Positions 1 through 7,335 of a stretch of DNA of 11,273 nt are shown here, in pieces; position 1 is the first letter of the stretch; every line of letters starts with the position of its first letter. The notes below the pieces were generated by a model, which made no database searches, was not told where the DNA came from, and saw only the letters and a list, made by a program, of their open reading frames with translations. The translations under genes and the position numbers were made by a program. This DNA is from Candidatus Methylomirabilis sp. (GTDB taxonomy: Bacteria; Methylomirabilota; Methylomirabilia; Methylomirabilales; Methylomirabilaceae), in the NCBI GenBank assembly GCA_041498975.1, contig JBGQJI010000080.1, positions 1 through 11,273 of the forward strand, in the 5' to 3' direction.

Positions 1-514
1 ATTGAAAGAGGTCCTGGACGGGCACCCCTGGCCCATCGTCGACGCCTACCTTCAGGACTCACCATTTCACAAGCGGGCCAACCTGTCAAATATCAGCGCA
101 CGATTGCCCTACGATGACTCAAGTGCAAATTACAACTTGGGCTTTCCACGAATGGCTACGGGAGGTTACTCCGCACAGAGGAGACGCGGGGAGAGGGACA
201 ACGGCAACATTCTCCAACCTGGGAAACCTGGCGGAGACAGCCACTGCAGGTCATGGTAGAATCAGCCCGTGAGCCACATCGATCGCGTTCCGATTGCTCT
301 GCAGACGACGTGCTTGGCTCGGAAAACCTTCCCCGGATCGCCCAACCATGCCGCCGGCCGCAGTAGTAGGGGGAGGAGGGGTTCGCGAATCGGTCATGGA
401 GGCCTGCCGTCATACCCTTCGGATTTTATGGCCTCGTGCCCTAAAGGTTGAGGGCGGTCGTAGCTCTTCAGCCTTCGGAAGCCAGAGGTCATCACCGCAC
501 ACAGGAGAGCTGCC

Positions 515-1945
515 ATGACCCACAGGAGCGCCTGGATCTGGCGTCCCCTTGCCACGTTCCTCATCGGCCTCGGCCTTTTCGTGTCCTTCGCCGGGCTGGC
601 GCGCGCGCTGATCACGACGTCCACCTTGTACTACTCCCCCCCTGAGTATTCCGGAGGCTCCGCCAACGGCAGCACATGGACGATCGACTCCGGCCCTGCG
701 ACGTTTAGCTCTGACTCCGGTTTGAAGCTCACCAACACGACCAACGGAACGCTGACCTCGATTGCGACCGTCACCGTCCCAGCCATGGCCGACCAGGCGA
801 TGTTCACGTTCGACCATGGCTATATGGGCGCCGGGGACAGTGTTCGCGACGTCAGAGTTCTGGTCAGCGTGGATGGATGGCGCACCTGGAAGACCTGGAA
901 CGGGAGCGCTTGGGTGGCCGGGAACGGGAGCGACGTGTGCGGGACCGGCTACTCGCTCTATAGGACGGAGCACACCTGGGACCAGATCGCTTCGCTGCTC
1001 CTGGGCACCTCGCGGCTCTCCTTCAGACTCTGCCTCTCTGCTGGCCCCTTCACCAGCGTGTACGTCAATATGCTCCGCCGCATGCAAGGAGGCCAGATCA
1101 CCATCCGCCTCTCGCCGAACCCGGCCACCGTCGGCCAGACCGTGACCGCCGCCGTCACTGTGCCGTCCATCCTGGCCACCGGCTTTTCCACCCCAGGCAA
1201 TCACATCTGTTGGGAGAAGGGCAACTGCTTGAAGAAGACCGTAATCAACGTCTGGCCACCAGGAACCTCCACCTATACACACACTTACACAACCAGTGGA
1301 ACACGGACCGTCGTGGTCTCCTATTGGTTCAAGTCCGGCGCAATGAAGCAATACCTGAGGAATCACTTGATTACCCAGAGCCTGACGGTCGCCGATCACC
1401 GGCCCAGTATTGGCAGCGTGAGTCCCAGCTCTACGACTGCCGGCGCCCCTCAGTTCACGCTGGCGGTCAACGGCAGCAACTTTCAAAGCACAACCTCGGT
1501 GGTCAACTGGAACGGCACGCCCCTCGCCACGACCTTCGTGAGCCCCCGCCAGCTCACGGCCGCGATCCCGACCGCTAACGTCGCAACCGGTGGCCTTGCC
1601 AGTGTGACGGTCGTTGATAGTGCTACCGGCTCTTCGAACCCGGCGACCTTCACCATCAACAACCCCGTCCCTACAACGACCGGCCTCGTTCCCGCCTCGA
1701 TCACCGAACCTGGCGCAGAGTTCGCTCTGACCGTGAGCGGGACCGACTTCATGAACAACTCAACGGTCCAATGGAACGGCACGAGCCTCACGACCTCCTT
1801 CGTGAGTCCTACCCAGCTTCGTGCGGCGATCCCTGCCGCCCATGTGGCCTCGGCCGGGATCGCCGCTGTGACCGTCTTCAACCCTCCCCCGGGAGGGGGG
1901 ACGTCAAACACGCAGACCTTCACGATTGACAGCCTCCCCCGCTAA
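515..1945 (+). CDS. Secreted/surface Ig-like protein: signal peptide or anchor, beta-rich N-terminal domain, PKD-like module, two C-terminal IPT/TIG repeats
   Basis: 476-aa ORF with SD AGGAG at 503-507. Basic then hydrophobic N-terminus (LATFLIGLGLFVSFAGLARA). Thr/Ser/Gly-rich. PKD-like HTYTTSGTRTVVV. Two repeats with the IPT pattern P-x(5,6)-P...FxLxVxGxxF...VxWNG...TxFVSPxQLxAxIP...FTI. Confidence 0.85.
   Translation: MTHRSAWIWRPLATFLIGLGLFVSFAGLARALITTSTLYYSPPEYSGGSANGSTWTIDSGPATFSSDSGLKLTNTTNGTLTSIATVTVPAMADQAMFTFDHGYMGAGDSVRDVRVLVSVDGWRTWKTWNGSAWVAGNGSDVCGTGYSLYRTEHTWDQIASLLLGTSRLSFRLCLSAGPFTSVYVNMLRRMQGGQITIRLSPNPATVGQTVTAAVTVPSILATGFSTPGNHICWEKGNCLKKTVINVWPPGTSTYTHTYTTSGTRTVVVSYWFKSGAMKQYLRNHLITQSLTVADHRPSIGSVSPSSTTAGAPQFTLAVNGSNFQSTTSVVNWNGTPLATTFVSPRQLTAAIPTANVATGGLASVTVVDSATGSSNPATFTINNPVPTTTGLVPASITEPGAEFALTVSGTDFMNNSTVQWNGTSLTTSFVSPTQLRAAIPAAHVASAGIAAVTVFNPPPGGGTSNTQTFTIDSLPR
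1403..1927 (+). repeat. Two tandem ~85-aa IPT/TIG domain repeats (approx. 1403-1657 and 1670-1927)
   Basis: Protein-level match VNWNGTPLATTFVSPRQLTAAIP vs VQWNGTSLTTSFVSPTQLRAAIP. Also visible in DNA (tggaacggcacg and ccttcgtgag occur in both copies). Confidence 0.85.
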
Positions 1946-2105
1946 ACGCTGCGCACCGTTCAACAACCATCCGACGTTCATGCTCCAGCAGAATTCGAGC
2001 AGACCGGGAGAAAGGATGCACCGAGCCACCAGAGGCCTGAAACCCTTCCGGGTAACCAAGACCCAGTCTTGCGAAATGCAACTGCGACAAACGGACTGTA
2101 GTGTG

Positions 2106-2135
2106 TTGACTTGTCTTTTCGCCTTCTGCTACTCT
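2106..2135 (+). promoter_or_regulatory. Putative sigma70-type promoter with extended -10
   Basis: TTGACT (2106-2111), 18-bp spacer, TGn (2127-2129), TACTCT (2130-2135), in a locally AT-richer intergenic stretch upstream of the + strand gene run. Confidence 0.6.
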
Positions 2136-2262
2136 GTGGGCTGCGTTACCCGTCGCCAGGCTGTCCTTTGAAGGATTCGCATGGTAGGGCCCTGCCAGCC
2201 GTCGGATCCGCGAGCCGCTCGAGGAACCATGACGATGCGCTCTGAGGCACGGAGAGACCGGG

Positions 2263-3033
2263 ATGGCGATTGAACTGGTAAAGCTCGACGACCTGATGTC
2301 CGAAGATGGCCATCGGGTTCCAGCGTATCTCCTCACTCCCCCCCGAGCGATGGCTGGTTCCGTACTGGTCCACGGCTACGGCGGCTGCAAGGAACAGATG
2401 CTTGGGCTGGCGGCACGGCTCGCCGATTCCGGAGTTACCGCCCTCTGCGTCGATCTCCGAGGGCATGGCGAGCACCCCGCGCCCCTGGGCCGGGGATTAC
2501 TCCTGGACCTTGAAGCAGGCCTTGCTCGCATCCGTCCTGCCGGGCGGACCATCGCCATCGGTCACAGCCTCGGGGGGCGGCTGGCATTGATGAGTACCGC
2601 CCAGGTGGCAGTGGCGATCTCCCCCGCGCTCCCGTCACGACCCTCCGAGGAGGGGCGACAGATGCTCCTTCACTTCGGGAACACAGCGGTGCGAGTTGCC
2701 GCCCCAGACCAGATTCTCCAACTGTTGCAGGAGATGGGACCGCTCCCCCCCTCCAATCGGCCGAAGCTGCTGATCCACGCCAAGAGCGATATCCCATCCC
2801 TCATCGAGGGGATCGTGGCCCTTGCCGGCTCACAGCCCGCGGCGCTCCGCTGGGAAATCCAGGCAGACCAGCACCAGGAGGCGGCTTTGAGTCCGGGGAT
2901 CCTCGGGTACCTCCCCCGATGGTTCAACCACCTTGATCTGAAATTTAACCGGGAACTGCTGGGAGAGCTCCCCGCACGGGTGGCGAGCCTCTTGGACCAA
3001 GCCGCGCTCTCGCCCCCACATCAACATCGCTGA
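2263..3033 (+). CDS. Alpha/beta-fold serine hydrolase (esterase/lysophospholipase-like)
   Basis: Motifs VLVHGYGG, DLRGHG and nucleophile elbow GHSLGG (GxSxG). Candidate acid residue in LLIHAKSD; candidate His in FNH or DQH. GGAGAG upstream of the start. Confidence 0.9.
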   Translation: MAIELVKLDDLMSEDGHRVPAYLLTPPRAMAGSVLVHGYGGCKEQMLGLAARLADSGVTALCVDLRGHGEHPAPLGRGLLLDLEAGLARIRPAGRTIAIGHSLGGRLALMSTAQVAVAISPALPSRPSEEGRQMLLHFGNTAVRVAAPDQILQLLQEMGPLPPSNRPKLLIHAKSDIPSLIEGIVALAGSQPAALRWEIQADQHQEAALSPGILGYLPRWFNHLDLKFNRELLGELPARVASLLDQAALSPPHQHR

Positions 3034-3117
3034 GCCGGAAGGAGGGCGACGCGAGCCGGCAACGACCCGATCGGCAGATCGCTGACATCAGGGCGGCCCT
3101 GACCAGCGGGAAGAGAG

Positions 3118-3918
3118 ATGAGCGACGACGTGGTCGAGATCCGAGGACAGCAGGTGACCCTCTTTCGCGAAGGGCCCGATGGCCGTCGCCTGGATCGGAG
3201 GGTCCATCTCGCCGACTTTCTCCAGGCGGTCGCCTCCAGCCATCCGGGTCCGATGAAGGACCGGTACCTGTTCCTGCCTCTCGGGACTCGCCTGGCGCGG
3301 GTCAAAGGGGCCAGCACTGTCCTGGTCATCGAGCAGCCGCCCCAGATTCGACAGATTCGGTGGAGCAACGCACGCATGGGCGCGGGAGGATCATACGCCT
3401 CTTATCGCCTAGCCTTCCCGTATCTCATCTATATCTTTACCTTTTACCGCGGAGAGTTCGAGGACCTCCGCCTCTATCACAGGACGGCGCCATTGCGGGC
3501 GGCAAACGACCCGGTCTTCTTGAGCAACCTGATGAACGTGCAGGCCGATCCCGGACTTCTCTCGTGCGCCAGGGCCTGTCTCCGGGGACGCCCATTGGGC
3601 CTCGCCGAGAAGCCGCTGGCCGACCAGGTGGAAGGCCTGCTCACCTATTTTTGGACCTCCGGGTTCTACATGGACATCGAGGGCAACTGTTTTGAGAGGG
3701 CCCGACTCCTGGACCCTCGCATCTGCAGTATGGAAGCCTGGCAGCAGGCGAGCGAGGCGGAGCCCCTCTTCCCCCTGGAGATACCCTGGGAGCTCGGGGC
3801 GCCCGATCTCCAGGCAGAAGTTGACCGCCAATGCGCCCTCCGCCAGAATTACCTGAATCCGATCGAGAGCGCGTCCGGGGTCGCCGATTTACTCTACCGG
3901 CTGGAAGAAGCCTGGTAA
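3118..3918 (+). CDS. Prokaryotic E2/UBC-fold family D-like protein (Prok-E2_D / PRTRC protein B-like)
   Basis: Ordered motifs EQPPQIRxIxW, YRLAFPYLIYIF, LRLY..PL...DPVFxxNLMNV, a Cys in RACLRG (Cys154, codon 3577-3579) and FWxSxF. This matches my recollection of the E2-D pattern (P.L.F...L..AP..NV...G..C.G...FF.S.F). Confidence 0.7.
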   Translation: MSDDVVEIRGQQVTLFREGPDGRRLDRRVHLADFLQAVASSHPGPMKDRYLFLPLGTRLARVKGASTVLVIEQPPQIRQIRWSNARMGAGGSYASYRLAFPYLIYIFTFYRGEFEDLRLYHRTAPLRAANDPVFLSNLMNVQADPGLLSCARACLRGRPLGLAEKPLADQVEGLLTYFWTSGFYMDIEGNCFERARLLDPRICSMEAWQQASEAEPLFPLEIPWELGAPDLQAEVDRQCALRQNYLNPIESASGVADLLYRLEEAW

Positions 3919-3936
3919 TCACAGAGGGATGGAGCC

Positions 3937-4275
3937 ATGAGCGAAAGAGCCCGCATTGAGATGGAGGAACGATACGGCCCCCTGGGAAGCGCGGCGAGTG
4001 AACTCACGATCCAGGGGCGCCGGTATGACCTGTACGAACTGCTCAAGGCGCTCGGAGAGGATTTCGACGATATCCGCCCGATCGACGCCGCGGGACTTGA
4101 GCCCGAGGGCCGCTTCGCCCTTCGAGTCTTTGATCTCGAGGAGCGGATGGTGGTCGCCTACGAGTTCGACGCAAGTTTCCGCATTCTGGCTGAACACCGG
4201 GCGCATATCGCAGAGTGGATGGGCGAGGACTACTACAACTTCAAGTGGGGAGTATGGTGTCCGAATTCCGTCTGA
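3937..4275 (+). CDS. Hypothetical protein, 112 aa, acidic, with aromatic C-terminus ending WCPNSV
   Basis: ATG preceded by GAGGGATGGAG, strong GC3 bias, 18 bp after the preceding gene and 12 bp before the next. No family recognised. Confidence 0.8.
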   Translation: MSERARIEMEERYGPLGSAASELTIQGRRYDLYELLKALGEDFDDIRPIDAAGLEPEGRFALRVFDLEERMVVAYEFDASFRILAEHRAHIAEWMGEDYYNFKWGVWCPNSV

Positions 4276-4287
4276 GGTCGGAATGCC

Positions 4288-5667
4288 ATGGGTGAGCATC
4301 CCCGTATTGAATCCCAACGCCGATATATCGAGTCCAGAGCAGAGGACTTGCTGGGACGGATCGAGTCGATGAACGACGAGGAGCTTCGGTGGACGGTGCG
4401 TCTCTTCGCCGACTGCCTGGATCCGAAAGAGCCCGAGGGGTTGCTTCGAGGCTACAATGAATATTCACGGCTGGAAGATTTGCGGGAGTTCGTGAAGGGA
4501 TTTGTCCCCAGGTACACCAGGCGGGCGTTGGCGGACCTCGAGGCCAAACGGATGAGCGATGGCTCCAGACCCGATGAACTGACCGACGAGGAACTGCAGA
4601 GCATGTCGCTGGCTGAGAAATGGGGCCTGCTCGAACGCTTCCCTGGCAGCTTGGTCGGCTACAAGCTGCGCCGGGAGCTGGCCAGGTTCTTCATGTGCGG
4701 GAACTACGATCTGTACCACGACGCCGGCCTCTCGGAGTCGTCGGTTGAATTCCCGATCTATCACCAGGTGCAGGAGCGGCTGATGGCCTTGCCGGACGCC
4801 CTCGTGGTCAAGCTGGCCGCCAGGGTGCAGGAGGTGAGCGCCGGCCTGGACCGCCTCATGCCCCAGGAGGCAGATGCAGTCCTGGCAAGGATCCGCTCGA
4901 TGATTGGCGAGGCCGTTAGTGTTCACCAACCGCTTGAGTCTTTAGTGGCCGGACGGATGGCAAAGCTGCCCCTGGTGGCTGAGCCGACGACGGCCGAGCT
5001 GTCGGCCGATGTGAAAGAGGCGATCGGAACGATGACGCCCGAGGAGCTCAAGCGCTCCCTGTTTGTGCTCCTCGACCTCATGACGCTGGAGGAGGTCCGA
5101 AGGGACCTGACCCCGCTTCAGGGGCAGTATCCATCGATTCACGACATTCCGCCGGAGGTCCTGGCGGCCCTGGTCCCGACCATCGCGGCAAAGCTGGGCG
5201 ACCGCACTCTGTGTGATTTCGTGGAACGCTATCGGGCCGGCCGAATGCTGGCCATGCCGCCCCTACGGGATCAGGTCTGGTCGCTTCTGCCCATGGACGA
5301 GCGGCTGGCGCTGCTTGAACAGGATAATGACCGCATGGATTTGGCCCAGATCTCACGGCACCTGGCCAAGATCTTCGTGAACCAGGAGTATCGGCTGCTT
5401 TTCGATCCTGAGGCGCAACTCGCGAACATCGAATCACCGGGATATCAGCAACTGGTGCGCAAGCTCCTGCTGGAGTTCGGGCGCCCCGAGGAGGGGCGCC
5501 GCCTTCGCGAGTTGAATCGAGTCATCAGCCGAATGATGCTTGAGGCCGAGGCAGCCCCCTTGTCAGAGCGGGAGGAACGGCTACTCGAGATCCGGAAGGT
5601 CATCGGGACCGCCCTCGAGCTCCCGGACGATCAAATCTTCGCTGGCAGGAAAGGACGCGAGCCATGA
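4288..5667 (+). CDS. Hypothetical alpha-helical protein made of two homologous ~225-aa halves
   Basis: 459-aa ORF with GAGGT upstream. L/E/R-rich amphipathic pattern. The two halves align by eye. Stop overlaps the next start (ATGA, 5664-5667). Confidence 0.85.
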   Translation: MGEHPRIESQRRYIESRAEDLLGRIESMNDEELRWTVRLFADCLDPKEPEGLLRGYNEYSRLEDLREFVKGFVPRYTRRALADLEAKRMSDGSRPDELTDEELQSMSLAEKWGLLERFPGSLVGYKLRRELARFFMCGNYDLYHDAGLSESSVEFPIYHQVQERLMALPDALVVKLAARVQEVSAGLDRLMPQEADAVLARIRSMIGEAVSVHQPLESLVAGRMAKLPLVAEPTTAELSADVKEAIGTMTPEELKRSLFVLLDLMTLEEVRRDLTPLQGQYPSIHDIPPEVLAALVPTIAAKLGDRTLCDFVERYRAGRMLAMPPLRDQVWSLLPMDERLALLEQDNDRMDLAQISRHLAKIFVNQEYRLLFDPEAQLANIESPGYQQLVRKLLLEFGRPEEGRRLRELNRVISRMMLEAEAAPLSEREERLLEIRKVIGTALELPDDQIFAGRKGREP

Positions 5668-5867
5668 CCCGCTGGGAATACAAGGAACGGATGGTCATGT
5701 TCAAGGAGACGAAGGAAGGCCTCGTGAGCGACTTGGGCTGGCTCAATGAGGTGGGCGCCGATGGGTGGGAGCTGGGCGCCTCAGTCCCCCTGATCGCCCC
5801 TAACCGCGATGGCGTGGCCTACGGGACGTTGGGCGCGCTGTTGATCTTCAAGCGCCCGATCGAGTGA
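5664..5867 (+). CDS. DUF4177 domain protein
   Basis: Signature WEYK ... LNEVGADGWEL ... FKRP in a 67-aa ORF. ATGA overlap with the upstream gene and AAGGA upstream. Confidence 0.85.
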   Translation: MTRWEYKERMVMFKETKEGLVSDLGWLNEVGADGWELGASVPLIAPNRDGVAYGTLGALLIFKRPIE

Positions 5868-5877
5868 TGTCGGCGTG

Positions 5878-6864
5878 ATGAACGTATCCCTGGAAGAGCT
5901 GTTGACCTCCCTGCTGGCCGAAACGGAGCGGGCTCGGGCTGCGAGTGATCGCGACCTCCTGGCCGCCGCCCTCTTCCGATTGGCAACGCTGTACCTACAG
6001 CGCGGCGACTCGATGAAAGCGATCCCCACGCTCCAGGAGCTCCTGGCCTTGCAGGAAGAGGCGCAAGACCGCCAAGGAACGATCGTCACGATGGCCATGC
6101 TCGGCGACCTCTATCGACGGCAGGGGGGGTGGCACCAGGCGCTCGCACTGTACGACCGGGTGAGGACGTCCCAGGAGTCCGCCGGCGATAAGGTCGGCAT
6201 GGCAGTCACCGTGGGAAGCATGGGGGTGACATACGAGGGGATGGAGATGTGGGAGGAAGCCCTGAGCACCTACCGGCAAAGCCTGGCGATCAGGGAGTCG
6301 CTCGGGGACTCTGTGGGAGCCGCCCTTATCTGGAACAACATCGGAAACGTCGAAGCGAAGCGACACCGGTTCGACGACGCGCTTGCATCATACGGGAAGG
6401 CCTTGACCCTCCAGGAAGCGTCGGAAGACCGCCTGGGGCAGTCAGTCACACTGGCCAATCTTGCCAGCCTCCATCAGCGCCGCGGGGAGTGGGGTGAGGC
6501 CGCAAAACGGTACCGCGAGAGTCTTTCCCTCATGGGGGAGGAGGATCGGCCCCGACGGGCCGCCACACTCAACGGCCTGGGATTCGTCCGAAAGAAGGCA
6601 GGCGATTTCGAAGAGGCGATCGCGGCCTACAGAGAAGCGCTGCGGCTGTTGGAGGCAACAGGGGATCTCCTTCGGTCCAGCGTCATCCTCCACAATCTGG
6701 CGTGCATCCATGAAGAACGAAAGGAATGGCGCGAAGCGCTCCGGCTGATGGAACAGGTCATCGCCATCGACAAGCGGATCGGACATCCCGATCTGAAACA
6801 GGACATGGAGGCCTTCCGCAGGATCCGAGCACAGCTTGACGCGGAGCGGGACGCGCAGGAGTAG
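5878..6864 (+). CDS. Stand-alone tetratricopeptide repeat protein (about 7 repeats with ~40-aa period)
   Basis: Repeats such as ALIWNNIGNVEAKRHRFDDALASYGKAL and ATLNGLGFVRKKAGDFEEAIAAYREAL, joined by GD-type linkers. Start is either GTG 5875 or ATG 5878. Confidence 0.92.
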   Translation: MNVSLEELLTSLLAETERARAASDRDLLAAALFRLATLYLQRGDSMKAIPTLQELLALQEEAQDRQGTIVTMAMLGDLYRRQGGWHQALALYDRVRTSQESAGDKVGMAVTVGSMGVTYEGMEMWEEALSTYRQSLAIRESLGDSVGAALIWNNIGNVEAKRHRFDDALASYGKALTLQEASEDRLGQSVTLANLASLHQRRGEWGEAAKRYRESLSLMGEEDRPRRAATLNGLGFVRKKAGDFEEAIAAYREALRLLEATGDLLRSSVILHNLACIHEERKEWREALRLMEQVIAIDKRIGHPDLKQDMEAFRRIRAQLDAERDAQE

Positions 6865-6891
6865 CGCCGCCACGACCGGGGAATCGGGGAG

Positions 6892-7305
6892 ATGAAGCAG
6901 GCCACGCGTGATGACGCCCTACGATTGATCGCCGAGGCGGAGAAGGACGTGAAGGACGCCGAGATGCTTCTCCGGTATGAAAGCTATTACCCTCTCTGCC
7001 GTCTCGCCTACCTGGCGGCGGAAAAAGCGATGCGGGGATGGTTGGTCGGGAGGGGACTGCACGTCGCCGGTCAACCCACTCTGTCCTCTCTGGGCCAGCA
7101 GCTCGAGGCGACAGAGCCTGCCCTCGGACCGTTGATGAGGTCGCTCCGCCCGTTGGAGCGGTTTGCTCCGCCGGCCTCAGCAGGCGAGCCTCGTGGAGCT
7201 TCGTCCCCTTTTCCGCTCTACAGCAGGGAAGTCGCAAAAGAAGCCCTCGGCCTTGTCAGACAGATTCTCATCGAGGTCAAGGGGTCCTTGGCGGGGCCGT
7301 CATAA
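6892..7305 (+). CDS. HEPN domain protein (MNT-associated/sacsin-like subtype), degenerate
   Basis: Scaffold AEKDVKDAEMLL...Y...C..A..AAEKAMRG.L...LY SREVAKEALGLVRQIL matches HEPN. The typical HAQQ, THDL and RYP positions are substituted. SD GGGGAG. Confidence 0.78.
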   Translation: MKQATRDDALRLIAEAEKDVKDAEMLLRYESYYPLCRLAYLAAEKAMRGWLVGRGLHVAGQPTLSSLGQQLEATEPALGPLMRSLRPLERFAPPASAGEPRGASSPFPLYSREVAKEALGLVRQILIEVKGSLAGPS

Positions 7306-7335
7306 CATCGTTCTCTCCGGAGGAGCCTGACAGCG

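Noticed and set aside
2..259. 85-aa ORF at the window start
   Set aside because: No recognisable motif, weak codon bias, and it runs through an AT-richer, hairpin-rich region. It cannot be excluded as the tail of an upstream gene but is unsupported.
196..276. Resemblance to c-di-GMP-I (GGCAA...GAAA...GCC) or cobalamin (GCCACTG) riboswitch
   Set aside because: Lacks GACGCAAAGCC and the second GEMM hairpin, and lacks the B12-box and GGGAA elements. Kept only as an unassigned structure.
410..1486. 358-aa antisense ORF
   Set aside because: Shadow of the 515-1945 gene. Long antisense ORFs are expected with high GC3, and this one has no motifs.
3080..3108. Hairpin CGCTG..TCAGGG/CCCTGA..CAGCG before the E2-like gene as a terminator
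   Set aside because: Short, interrupted and without a U-tract; expected by chance at this GC content.
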